A DNA stretch of 64,000 bases from a virus. This document shows, piece after piece, positions 30,096-39,425 of the stretch. The stretch is taken from positions 114,198 to 178,197 of the IMG/VR virus record IMGVR_UViG_3300028392_001993. One strand, written 5' to 3'. The notes under the pieces are model-generated. The model did not search any database, was not told the origin of the DNA, and worked only from the letters and a program-made list of their open reading frames with translations. Both the position numbers and the translations under genes were made by a program. How positions within the stretch are numbered: position 1 is the first letter of the stretch; every line of letters begins with the position of its first letter.

Positions 30096-30530
30096 TTACT
30101 CCAGTGGTCCTAGTATTTCAAATCCTTCTATTTCAGATTTGTACAGATGTGCTTGCTCAAGGTACAAGTATTTAAATCCTCGTTCCCTGTAGATAGCACA
30201 TTCTGTCTTCATTGTTTCTATTCCCAAACGTAGCCTGGGATTGTTGTAGTTCCATGCAAACTGATCACACAGCGCATTATGATTGTCGTAGCGTCGGATC
30301 AAACTGAACGCTACTAGTTTATCATGGTCATAGTAACCAATTACATCAGTCATTGGATCAGTGTAACGACTATCAAATATAGGCATCACACTGGCAAAGT
30401 GTTTGTAGATACAATAGTCTCTGTAGATTTTATTCAAAGCAGGGATATCTGGATCACGCAAGTATGCCCACTTGACTGTTGATTTGTAATTGGTTTTTTC
30501 TAAATCAATTCTAGCAAACTGATAACTCAT
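30096..30530 (-). CDS. GNAT-fold protein resembling the ATE_C half of Bpt/arginyl-tRNA-protein transferases (144 aa)
   Basis: YYDHDKLVAFSLI...FAWNYNNPRLRLGIETMKTECAIYRERGFKYLYLE parallels the ATE_C pattern Y.D.KLVAV..D...YDP....SLG....EI..A...G..Y.YLGY. Confidence 0.55.
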   Translation of the reverse strand: MSYQFARIDLEKTNYKSTVKWAYLRDPDIPALNKIYRDYCIYKHFASVMPIFDSRYTDPMTDVIGYYDHDKLVAFSLIRRYDNHNALCDQFAWNYNNPRLRLGIETMKTECAIYRERGFKYLYLEQAHLYKSEIEGFEILGPLE

Positions 30531-31027
30531 CTTGGATCCTGTCTGTGGCTGAACAGGCCTTGTAAATATTCTTCTGGCCAGTTGTGATAAAATCCTTTGA
30601 CAGCCATTTGTTTTGCTTTGGTATTGAGATCACCTAAAGCCTGTATCAGTGCAAGTGCATACGTGCCTTGATTCATACAAACACCGTTGACAATTTCTGG
30701 GTCAGCAGGGTGATCTTCCATGGCAATCAAGTCTCTGGGTATGAGAGTTTCCTGATTAGCAAGTTCAATGCTGTTGGCAAACAGTTCACGTGGCCATTCA
30801 GTAGGATCGTAAGCATAGATAACAACTTCATACTTCTCCATGCCATACCTAGCACGATTTTTAAGATCGTACAAGGGATCGGCACCCAGGAACACGCCAT
30901 AAGTGCGTTTGAGTCTGGCCTGTCGTGCAAACGGACAAGGGGGCCAACCTCCTAGACTAGGATGTGGAACTTCCACAAAGTTCTCAATCCATGATTCAAT
31001 ATCTTGTTTGACTTGTTCTAGTTCCAT
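30527..31027 (-). CDS. Hypothetical protein, DUF1415-like N-terminus (166 aa)
   Basis: WIENFVEVPHPSLGGWPPCPFARQA and DHPADP; CPFA motif; translationally coupled on both sides. Confidence 0.45.
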   Translation of the reverse strand: MELEQVKQDIESWIENFVEVPHPSLGGWPPCPFARQARLKRTYGVFLGADPLYDLKNRARYGMEKYEVVIYAYDPTEWPRELFANSIELANQETLIPRDLIAMEDHPADPEIVNGVCMNQGTYALALIQALGDLNTKAKQMAVKGFYHNWPEEYLQGLFSHRQDPR

Positions 31028-31203
31028 TAGAAGAAAGGTAATTTTGATTTTTGTGTGGTTTCAAGGTTGCTCTTGATTAGTTCTGCAACCATACTGCGTT
31101 CACTAAAACTCATGTTAAGTACATCTTCGTATGTGCCGCCGCCACGTAGATGCCAACTCATTTTTAAGCATTGAGCCTTCAAGTCGTTAGCCTCCTTTTC
31201 CAT
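31027..31203 (-). CDS. Small tail/hub assembly chaperone C-terminal unit (58 aa; gp51/lambda-T-like), not in ORF track
   Basis: Hand translation MEKEANDLKAQCLKMSWHLRGGGTYEDVLNMSFSERSMVAELIKSNLETTQKSKLPFF*; its TAA overlaps the next ATG; frame is open upstream to the slippery site at 31257-63. Confidence 0.7.
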   Translation of the reverse strand: MEKEANDLKAQCLKMSWHLRGGGTYEDVLNMSFSERSMVAELIKSNLETTQKSKLPFF

Positions 31204-31241
31204 ACGATCAACAGTAGCGGAAATTTCCTCAGCTGCCTGGG

Positions 31242-32084
31242 TTAGGAGGCTTGATCGAAAAAACTTGTTTGGTCCAGTGTTACTGTTTGTTTGTATTCGT
31301 GTTTACATGCCGCACACGTGATCTGCACGGGTTTGAATTCGCTAGTGTTGCGTTTTTCAATAATCATGTCGCGAATTTTAACAAATAATTTTCTATCACT
31401 ATTGCGTAAGAATTCTTCAATGTGCTCAGGTTCTGTTACCAACACCTGTGGCGTTCTGATGCTGGCAACGTTCCATTTTAATGCACTCACTGTTAGTTCT
31501 GTAATTTTTTGCAAAGCCTGATTTAGCATTTCGAGTTTTTGTTCATCGGGTAAATCACTGCCGGGCACCGATTGCAACACACGCTGTTCTTCAAACTGTT
31601 TTAGGTTCACATCGTTTTGATCACGATAGTTCATGGGCTGAAAAGAGATCTCCAAATCACCTTCTCGGAGCGGAGTCACATAGTCTGGCATTTGCAAACC
31701 GTCTAGTACTATTCGTAAATCAATAGTATACTCGTCTTGATTTTTGCATTCTGGGCACTGGCTGTTGATCTCCATATCGTGCCCGTAGCTGGCAATTCTA
31801 ATTGCTACCAAAATAGAATTAAGATCAGTACCAGGTGCTGACCAGGCGTCCTTGATGTCAGGAATACAACTTTGAATCACGTTGACTACTGCTGATCCGT
31901 TAAACAGCGCATCAGGGGTGCGATATGTAATTTCATCAATTGCAGTCATGGGTAATACTGGCAATTCTTGATTTGGGGGCATCGTGATAGAGCCTTTGGG
32001 CCAGAAGTTACCATTAGAGGGCAAGCGCAGGTAAACTGACGGTTGTCTAAAATATTGTTTTAACGGATTCGCAATTTGGGACAT
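31242..32084 (-). CDS. Baseplate hub / tail assembly chaperone, T4 gp26-like (280 aa)
   Basis: NPLKQYFRQP.VYLRLPS; ELPVLPMTAIDEI; D...ILVAIRIASYG; two CxxC pairs (CPEC, CAAC); divergent from the tape measure gene. Confidence 0.7.
   Translation of the reverse strand: MSQIANPLKQYFRQPSVYLRLPSNGNFWPKGSITMPPNQELPVLPMTAIDEITYRTPDALFNGSAVVNVIQSCIPDIKDAWSAPGTDLNSILVAIRIASYGHDMEINSQCPECKNQDEYTIDLRIVLDGLQMPDYVTPLREGDLEISFQPMNYRDQNDVNLKQFEEQRVLQSVPGSDLPDEQKLEMLNQALQKITELTVSALKWNVASIRTPQVLVTEPEHIEEFLRNSDRKLFVKIRDMIIEKRNTSEFKPVQITCAACKHEYKQTVTLDQTSFFDQAS
31257..31263 (-). other. Putative programmed -1 ribosomal frameshift site T TTT TTC
   Basis: X XXY YYZ heptamer in the correct phase five codons before the stop; the -1 frame reads FFRSSLLTQAAEEISATVDR directly into MEKEAN... 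Confidence 0.65.
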
Positions 32085-32092
32085 AAATCACC

Positions 32093-32112
32093 TATAAATA
32101 TAGTTCTACTTA
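32093..32112. promoter_or_regulatory. Back-to-back late promoters (TATAAATA plus strand 32093-100; TAAGTA minus strand 32107-12)
   Basis: The 40-bp divergent intergenic gap contains a perfect T4 late box and a one-mismatch variant on the opposite strand. Confidence 0.55.
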
Positions 32113-32124
32113 TGGGTAATAAAC

Positions 32125-34698
32125 ATGGCTGAAGCAAATATTGAATTAGAACACATGGCTCGATTGTTGGAACAAGCCAACGGCGAAGTACAACGTTACG
32201 GTAAAGTAACCAAAGAAACTCAAGAAGCCATGACTGATGCCCAAATGAAGGCCAAGTTTGGTGTTGAGAACTTTACAAAAAGTACCAACACAGCAGGACA
32301 AGCGTTGGCTGCCTTGGCAGGTGCGGGCATCGAAAGTACCAAGGCCATGTACGAAGGCAAAAAAGGTGCTGCCGCTTTTAATTCCAGTTTAGATGAAATG
32401 TCTAAAGCAGCCGCACTGGCAGGCACAGCACTCACACTGTTGATTCCTGGCGGCATTGTGATGAAGGCCGTGATCGGCGGCCTGACCATGGCAGCCACAG
32501 CGGCCATTGCTTATACCAAAGCCGCCAACGACATGGCAGACAAACTGTATCAAGGCTACAGCAAACTGCAAGAATCAGGTGCGGCAGCCAGCGATGGCAT
32601 GACTGGTGTGTTTGAAGATGCTAAGAAACTGGGCTTGAGCATGAACCAGTTGGACAGTATGGTTGGACTGGTGGCAGCCAACAGTCAAGAACTTGCCTTG
32701 ATGTCTGGATCTGTTGCACAAGGCCGCAAAGAATTTGCTAAAGTAGGCGAAGCACTAGAATCATCTAGAGAAGGCTTCTTCAAGATGGGTATTAGTCAGG
32801 AAGCGCAAAACGAAAGTATGATGCGTTATGTTAAAAACATGACTCTGTCGGGTCGTGCTCAAACCATGACAACCAAAGAGTTAGCAGATGGTGCTAGATC
32901 TTACATTATGGAACAAGATCGATTGACCAAACTTACAGGTTTAAATGCTCAGGCACAACAGCAATTATTGGATCGTGCTAAAGATAGTGAACAATTTAAT
33001 TCCAAGATCCGTGCCTTAGAAATGGAGAACACAGTTGAATCTCGAAAGGCTGCTGATGGATTGAGAGAAGGTTTAAAAATAGCTGCCATGGGCGGCGAGA
33101 AAACCGCCGCCGGCTTTATGGCCTTAGCCACTAATAATTTGAGGAGTGCAGACGCCCAGGCATTATTCACCACATCATATGGTAAAGCCATGCAAGCACC
33201 ATTGGACATAATTGCAGGCATGGATCCTGCCAAAGCACTACAACCCATGTTTGACGGTATTGCTGAGTTTGAAAGAACACAAGGTAATCAAATCAGTCAA
33301 CTGGATGCCAGTAACGGTCGTTTTCTTGCATCAAAAGAACAGGAGAGGGCATCTATAATTTCTAGTATGGGTATAGAAAAAGGCATGGCAAAAATCAAGG
33401 CCGATCAACTATTGCAACAGAAAGGTCTTGGTGACGAAGTCGCCAATGAATATGGCAGTATGATCAAAGAACAGCAAGATGCCAATAAGAAACTAGAACA
33501 ATCAGTATTTAAAGGTGTATTGGGTTCTGTTACCAGCATGAGAAAATTAACCGGCGCTACTGATACTCTGGCAGATGGATTTAGTTTGCTTACTGACGGC
33601 ATTAACAAACTGTTGAGCATAGTTGGTCTGGGCCCAGAAGAAGACAAAGTGGCTGAGAAAGACAAAGAAATCAAAGACGTCAGGAAAGAACTAGCAACGG
33701 CTTATGCCAATCAAGCAATCGCAAAAACACCTGGAGAAAAAGCCACAGCAGATCGAGAAGTTGCATACTATACTGAAAAACAAAAATTACTTGAAGCCGA
33801 GAAGAAAAATCTATTAGAAGATGAGAAGAACGCTGCCTACGAGAAAGAAGTAATAAAACGTGCTGAAGATGATGCCAAACTGAAAAAAGCAGAGCGCGAT
33901 CGTCAAATGAAGACTGCTACAGTTGCGCAAAAAATGGGTATTGGCCTAGACAAACCAATGAAAGAGGCTAAAGAGGCATACGAAGCCGCGGACATGAAGG
34001 CCGCTCAACTGGGCATAGTGGGTAGTCCGACTCGAAGTGCGGCGGTGCAAGAACTCAAAGGATCAGGATGGAAACCAACTGAAAAGAAAAGAGCAGGTGC
34101 TTCCCAAAGCGGTACGTCAAGAGAGAGTCTTGAAGAGCAAGGACTCAAACTGAAAAAAGGTGATGTGCAGGCTGAAGGTGCTGACCTTAGCCCTAACATA
34201 ATTGAACTGGCCAAAAACATACAAGAAAATATCAAAGGGTTTGGGCATTTTAGTGCATTCAATGATAATTTTCATAATGAGAAAGCATCTTCAAGCAAGC
34301 ACGTAAAAGGACTTGCTGCCGACTTCACACTAGATAAAAAGCCCAGTCCTGAACAAGGAAAAGAACTTGTTACTTGGTTAAACAAGCAAGGTGCTAGCCT
34401 TGCAATCGATGAATACAACAATGCCACTAAAGGTGCCACAGGTGGTCACATTCACGTGGAAATTCCTACCTTTGCTGAAGGTGGCGACCTGGCTGCAGGC
34501 AAACTGGGCATTGCCGGTGAAGCAGGCCCGGAATTTGTCGAAGGCCCGGCTAGCATTACTCCAATGGGTGACATAATGGGGGTGTTTAACAACATGGCCA
34601 TGATGATGGGTAAACAAGTGGGTGCAATTGATGAATTGGTCAGAATTGCCAAGAACGGCAACGACATACAAACTAAGATCCTGCGTGTGCAACAGTAA
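32125..34698 (+). CDS. Tape measure protein with C-terminal M15-type zinc peptidase motif (857 aa)
   Basis: Ala/Gly/Met-rich helical heptad-like sequence; SSKHVKGLAADF...GGHIHVE motif; ends in FAEGG..G..GIAGEAGPEFVEGP, typical of TMP tails. Confidence 0.7.
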   Translation: MAEANIELEHMARLLEQANGEVQRYGKVTKETQEAMTDAQMKAKFGVENFTKSTNTAGQALAALAGAGIESTKAMYEGKKGAAAFNSSLDEMSKAAALAGTALTLLIPGGIVMKAVIGGLTMAATAAIAYTKAANDMADKLYQGYSKLQESGAAASDGMTGVFEDAKKLGLSMNQLDSMVGLVAANSQELALMSGSVAQGRKEFAKVGEALESSREGFFKMGISQEAQNESMMRYVKNMTLSGRAQTMTTKELADGARSYIMEQDRLTKLTGLNAQAQQQLLDRAKDSEQFNSKIRALEMENTVESRKAADGLREGLKIAAMGGEKTAAGFMALATNNLRSADAQALFTTSYGKAMQAPLDIIAGMDPAKALQPMFDGIAEFERTQGNQISQLDASNGRFLASKEQERASIISSMGIEKGMAKIKADQLLQQKGLGDEVANEYGSMIKEQQDANKKLEQSVFKGVLGSVTSMRKLTGATDTLADGFSLLTDGINKLLSIVGLGPEEDKVAEKDKEIKDVRKELATAYANQAIAKTPGEKATADREVAYYTEKQKLLEAEKKNLLEDEKNAAYEKEVIKRAEDDAKLKKAERDRQMKTATVAQKMGIGLDKPMKEAKEAYEAADMKAAQLGIVGSPTRSAAVQELKGSGWKPTEKKRAGASQSGTSRESLEEQGLKLKKGDVQAEGADLSPNIIELAKNIQENIKGFGHFSAFNDNFHNEKASSSKHVKGLAADFTLDKKPSPEQGKELVTWLNKQGASLAIDEYNNATKGATGGHIHVEIPTFAEGGDLAAGKLGIAGEAGPEFVEGPASITPMGDIMGVFNNMAMMMGKQVGAIDELVRIAKNGNDIQTKILRVQQ

Positions 34699-34717
34699 AC
34701 ACGGTAAATAAACTACT

Positions 34718-36502
34718 ATGGCAGATACAAAACAAGGCTCCTGGCGCAAGTACTTCAAGGTTGCAGACAACTCTGGAGCTCAAAGTCCTATTTCAGGATC
34801 AAATCAATTTGGTTTACCAAACTACCCCCGCAACGACGGCAGTGGTAGTGCATCACAAGCAGACTTTGTGTTTCGTAACTATGCCAGCAGACTACCGGAA
34901 GTTTACTCGGGCCACCCCAATCGTGTGGAACGCTACAACCAGTACGAGAACATGGACATGGACTCAGAAGTCAATGCATGCCTGGACATCATTGCTGAGT
35001 TTTCCACACAACTGAGTGAAACCAACGGCACACCGTTTGATGTAAAATACAACGACAAGCCCACTGATCACGAAATTGAAATTATCAAGAAGCAGATGCA
35101 ACAGTGGGTCAAGCTGAACAAGCTGGATCAACGCATCTTTAAACTGTTCCGCAACACCATCAAATACGGCGATCAAGTGTTTGTGCGTGATCCAGAAACA
35201 TTTGAAATGTACTGGGTGGACATGAGCAAGGTCATGCGTATCATTGTGAACGAAAGCGAAGGCAAGCGTCCTGAGCAGTATGTGATTCGTGACATCAACC
35301 CCAACTTCCAGAACATGACTGTGGCAGCCAAGACCACCACAGACTACATGACAAACCCTGTGACAGGTACTATCAGCGGCAGTTCAAACTACACCATGCC
35401 CAATGGCGGTGCCGGAGGCGGTGTGGGCAACAGTCGCTTTATGCAGGCCATGAACGAAGCCACAATTGATGCCAAGCACGTGGTACATTGCAGTTTGAAC
35501 GAAGGCCTGGATGTGTTCTGGCCCTTTGGACGCAGTATACTGGAACAGATTTACAAGGTTTACAAGCAGAAAGAACTGTTAGAAGACGCTATTCTTATCT
35601 ATCGTGTGAGCCGGGCACCTGAGCGCAGAGTGTTCAAAATTGACGTGGGCAACATGCCCAGTCACTTGGCCATGCAGTTTGTAGAACGTGTGAAAAACGA
35701 AATGCATCAACGCCGAATCCCTACCATGACCGGTGGCGGTCAAAACATGATGGATTCAAGTTACAATCCACTATCAATTAATGAAGATTACTTCTTTCCC
35801 CAAGGCCAAGACGGCCGTGGCTCTAGTGTAGATGTACTGCAAGGCGGTGCAAACCTAGGCGAAATTGACGATTTAAAGTACTTTAACAACAAGATGGCAC
35901 GTGGTTTACGTGTGCCTAGCAGTTACTTGCCCACTGGACCTGACGACTCAGACCGTGCTTTGAGCGACGGAAAAGTAGGCACAGCACTGATACAAGAGTA
36001 CAGATTCAACCAGTATTGTGAACGTTTACAGGCGTTAATTGCACAAAAACTGGACGACGAATTCAAGATGTTCTTGAAGTGGCGCGGCTTTAACATCGAC
36101 TCCGGCTTGTTCAGTATTGGATTTAATGCACCACAGAACTTTGCAAGTTACCGTCAAAGCGAATTGGACAACACACGTATCCAGGCATTTATGCAGTTGG
36201 AACCCTTGCCTTACATGTCGAAACGTTTCTTGCTTGAACGCTTCTTGGGTTTGACCGAAGGCGAAGTCAAAGAAAACGAAGATATGTGGCGTGAAGAACG
36301 TGAAGATCCACAACTCAAAGTTGCCGGCAGTGATTTACGTGCTGTGGGTATTAACCCAGGTGCTATGCAAACAGACATTGATACTGGTGAAGAAATTGGC
36401 CAAATGGAACCAGCAGGGGTAGGCACACCTGAAGTAGGATCAGCTCCAGCAGGTCCTGTAGTACCAGGTGGCGTGGGTGGCGCAGGTGCCCCTGCTGTAT
36501 AA
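34718..36502 (+). CDS. gp20: Portal vertex protein, T4 gp20-like (594 aa)
   Basis: YNQYENMDMDSEVNACLDII; LLEDAILIYRVSRAPERRVFKIDVGNMP; NEDYFFP; GEIDDLKYF.NK..RGLRVPSS. Confidence 0.92.
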   Translation: MADTKQGSWRKYFKVADNSGAQSPISGSNQFGLPNYPRNDGSGSASQADFVFRNYASRLPEVYSGHPNRVERYNQYENMDMDSEVNACLDIIAEFSTQLSETNGTPFDVKYNDKPTDHEIEIIKKQMQQWVKLNKLDQRIFKLFRNTIKYGDQVFVRDPETFEMYWVDMSKVMRIIVNESEGKRPEQYVIRDINPNFQNMTVAAKTTTDYMTNPVTGTISGSSNYTMPNGGAGGGVGNSRFMQAMNEATIDAKHVVHCSLNEGLDVFWPFGRSILEQIYKVYKQKELLEDAILIYRVSRAPERRVFKIDVGNMPSHLAMQFVERVKNEMHQRRIPTMTGGGQNMMDSSYNPLSINEDYFFPQGQDGRGSSVDVLQGGANLGEIDDLKYFNNKMARGLRVPSSYLPTGPDDSDRALSDGKVGTALIQEYRFNQYCERLQALIAQKLDDEFKMFLKWRGFNIDSGLFSIGFNAPQNFASYRQSELDNTRIQAFMQLEPLPYMSKRFLLERFLGLTEGEVKENEDMWREEREDPQLKVAGSDLRAVGINPGAMQTDIDTGEEIGQMEPAGVGTPEVGSAPAGPVVPGGVGGAGAPAV

Positions 36503-36510
36503 ATACTGGT

Positions 36511-36732
36511 ATGATACTAAACGAATTTTGGCACAAAGACCCCGAAGCCTATCAGGATCTAGATCAAGACAACAGCCAAACACAACTGGGCGATTTGCGT
36601 AAAACGCATCTAACCTTGCGTCAGTTAAACAAACTGCGCAAGATGAACGATGTGCGTACAGTTGAATACAAAGAGAAACTCAAATTGGTGCGTCAGCAGT
36701 ATGCACCTGCTCCAGAAGCACCGGCGATGTAA
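36511..36732 (+). CDS. Small head-module protein (73 aa)
   Basis: ORF between portal and core genes, preceded by TATAAATA; RKTHLTLRQLNKLRKM. Confidence 0.65.
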   Translation: MILNEFWHKDPEAYQDLDQDNSQTQLGDLRKTHLTLRQLNKLRKMNDVRTVEYKEKLKLVRQQYAPAPEAPAM

Positions 36733-36817
36733 TTTATCGCCATTTCGACCCCATAAACCGCTAGTTTTTCTCCTAGGGTGTAAATAACATTACACTTTAA
36801 CCTATAGGAGTTTCCTT

Positions 36818-37666
36818 ATGAACAGATTTGAACAATTGATCGAATACGTGATCAATGATGAAGAAGCAAAAGCTCGCGAACTTTTCCATGACATCGTTGT
36901 GGCCAAGAGTCGTGAAATTTACGAGAACTTGATGCAAGAAGAAGCCGAAGAGGACCTTGACGAGGCCGCTGAGGAAGAACTTGATGAAGATTCAGAAGAA
37001 GAAGACCTAGACGAAGGCGCCATGGGCGGCGACGCTAGTGACGACTTGATCGACAATATCGAAGCTGATGAAGAGCAAGATATGAGTATGGAAGGCGAAG
37101 AAGACGAGTTTGGCGGAGATCACGACGAGCCAGATGCTGATAACATGGGCGGCCCAAGCGATATGGATGCTGACAACGAGCCAGCTACTAAAGACGACAT
37201 TCTTAACTTGGAAGACAAATTGGACCAGTTAATGGCTGAATTTGAAGACCTAATGGGCGGTGACGACATGGGCGGTGACGGCGACGGTTTCGGACCAGAC
37301 GAAGGCGGCGACGCTATTGAAATGGACGACACAGACGAAATGGAAGGCATGATGGAAGCAATTTCATTGAAAGCCGCTCCAAAGCCAGTGACTTCTGAAG
37401 AAGGCGGCGTTAACAAGAAGTCCACAGTATCTGCTAACTCAGGTGCTAAAGGACCAATTGGTAGCACAGTCAAGCCAGTACACGCTGGTGGCGAAGGTGG
37501 CGGCAAGCATGATGCAGCCGGTGCTTACAGCAACCAAACTAAAGACTTGATCGGCGATTTCCAAAACAAAGCCGGTGGAAGTATGAAAGGCCAAAAGCCT
37601 GCTACTAAGCCACACTTGGCACAAGCAACAGGTGTTAACACAAAGAGCCCAGTAGCTCGCGGTTAA
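36818..37666 (+). CDS. Highly acidic prohead core-type protein (282 aa)
   Basis: Asp/Glu-rich low-complexity sequence, AGGAG RBS, located between portal and protease (T4 gp67/68 position). Confidence 0.6.
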   Translation: MNRFEQLIEYVINDEEAKARELFHDIVVAKSREIYENLMQEEAEEDLDEAAEEELDEDSEEEDLDEGAMGGDASDDLIDNIEADEEQDMSMEGEEDEFGGDHDEPDADNMGGPSDMDADNEPATKDDILNLEDKLDQLMAEFEDLMGGDDMGGDGDGFGPDEGGDAIEMDDTDEMEGMMEAISLKAAPKPVTSEEGGVNKKSTVSANSGAKGPIGSTVKPVHAGGEGGGKHDAAGAYSNQTKDLIGDFQNKAGGSMKGQKPATKPHLAQATGVNTKSPVARG

Positions 37667-37669
37667 TAC

Positions 37670-38305
37670 ATGAAAACACTAAGAGAACAACTTACCTTTA
37701 ATCAGGCCAACATCCAGGTTCTAGAAGAATCTGGACCCGATGGCCATGGTAAGCACCTCTATTTGAAAGGCATTTGTATTGAAGGCAACAAGCGCAATGC
37801 AAATGACCGCGTCTACCCATTACATGAAATCAGCAAGGCAGTTAACACAATTAATGAGCAAATCAAAAGCGGTAACTCAGTGTTAGGTGAAGTGGATCAT
37901 CCGGATGATTTGAAAATTAATCTAGATCGTGTGTGTCACTCAGTTGAAGGTATGTGGATGGATGGCGATACTGGATGTGGAAAGTTAAAGATTCTACCAA
38001 CCCCAATGGGTGAGTTAATCAAGACACTGTTAACATCAGGTATAAAACTCGGAGTTTCGAGTCGTGGCAGCGGCAACGTTGACGACAGAACTGGACATGT
38101 AAGTGACTTCGAAATAGTCACTATAGATGTGGTTGCTCAACCCAGCGCACCCAATGCATACCCTAAAGCAATATATGAAAGTCTCATGAATATGAAGTAC
38201 GGTCATAGACTGTTAGAGGTAGCCAAGGAAGCGGGCGAAGACAACAAAGTGCAGAAGTATCTCAAGAATGAAGTTGTAAAACTCATCAGAGAACTCAAGA
38301 TCTAA
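37670..38305 (+). CDS. gp21: Prohead core protease, T4 gp21-like (211 aa)
   Basis: LYLKGICI...RNANDRVYP; LGEVDHP; GVSSRGSG; DFEIVTIDVVAQPSAPNAYP. Confidence 0.92.
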   Translation: MKTLREQLTFNQANIQVLEESGPDGHGKHLYLKGICIEGNKRNANDRVYPLHEISKAVNTINEQIKSGNSVLGEVDHPDDLKINLDRVCHSVEGMWMDGDTGCGKLKILPTPMGELIKTLLTSGIKLGVSSRGSGNVDDRTGHVSDFEIVTIDVVAQPSAPNAYPKAIYESLMNMKYGHRLLEVAKEAGEDNKVQKYLKNEVVKLIRELKI

Positions 38306-38318
38306 GGAGAATCTACTA

Positions 38319-39407
38319 ATGTTAGATGCAATCAAACCATTGTTAGATAGTGACCTGATCACCGAGGAAACTCGTACAGAGATCACAGAAGCTTGGGCAG
38401 CCAAGTTAAGTGAAGCTCGTGAACAGGCTCGTGCAGAACTACGTGAAGAGTTCGCACAACGCTATGAGCATGATAAGTCAGTGATGGTAGAAGCTTTGGA
38501 TAAAATGGTAACAGAAGGTTTAGCCGCAGAAATTGCACAAGTAGCCGCTGAGAAGCGCAACTTGAGTGAAGATCGCGTCAAGTTCCAACACAAGATCAAA
38601 GAGTCAGCACAGAAGTTTAACGGCTTCTTGGTGACAAAACTTGCAGAAGAAATTGGCGAATTGCGCAAAGACCGTAAGATGCACACAGAAGGACTAGCCA
38701 AACTAGAAAACTTCATGGTGCATGCATTGGCTCGTGAAATTCAAGAATTTGCCGCAGACAAGCGTGATGTAGTGGAAACAAAAGTCCGCTTGGTCCGTGA
38801 AGCTCGTGGTAAACTTGAAAGTCTCAAAGCACGTTTCGTAAAAGAATCTGCTGAGAAAATGAGTCAAGCTGTTAGCCGTCATCTAAAGACAGAACTTTCA
38901 CAATTGCAAGAAGACATCAAAATTGCTCGCGAGAACAATTTCGGTCGTCGTATCTTTGAAGCATACGCAAGTGAATTTGGTGCTACTCACCTAAATGAGA
39001 AAGCAGAAGTTCGCAAGTTGTATAGTGCATTGTCACACCGTGACAAGCAATTGGCGGAAGCCATTAAACTCGCACAACGAGCCAAAGTCGTTGTAGAGTC
39101 AAAAGAACGTGAAATACGTATAATCAAAGAATCCAATGAGCGCGAAAGCACCATGGAGATGTTGCTTGCCCCTCTCAACCGAGAGAAGCAAGATGTTATG
39201 CGTAATTTGCTTGAAAGCGTACAAACAACCCGTTTGAAAAACGCATTCGAAAAGTATCTGCCAGCCGTATTGGAAGACCGCTCTGTAAAAGCCTCAAAAG
39301 TGATTACAGAAAACGTTTCAGTAGCAACTGGGGATAAATCTGTTCCAAGTGGTCAGCAGGAAGATCGTAGTAATGTGATCGACCTCAAGCGCCTGGCAGG
39401 GTTATAA
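38319..39407 (+). CDS. gp22: Prohead scaffolding protein, T4 gp22-like (362 aa)
   Basis: Coiled-coil Glu/Lys/Ala-rich sequence between protease and capsid genes; AGGAG RBS. Confidence 0.75.
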   Translation: MLDAIKPLLDSDLITEETRTEITEAWAAKLSEAREQARAELREEFAQRYEHDKSVMVEALDKMVTEGLAAEIAQVAAEKRNLSEDRVKFQHKIKESAQKFNGFLVTKLAEEIGELRKDRKMHTEGLAKLENFMVHALAREIQEFAADKRDVVETKVRLVREARGKLESLKARFVKESAEKMSQAVSRHLKTELSQLQEDIKIARENNFGRRIFEAYASEFGATHLNEKAEVRKLYSALSHRDKQLAEAIKLAQRAKVVVESKEREIRIIKESNERESTMEMLLAPLNREKQDVMRNLLESVQTTRLKNAFEKYLPAVLEDRSVKASKVITENVSVATGDKSVPSGQQEDRSNVIDLKRLAGL

Positions 39408-39425
39408 TTAAATAAGGAGACTTAA

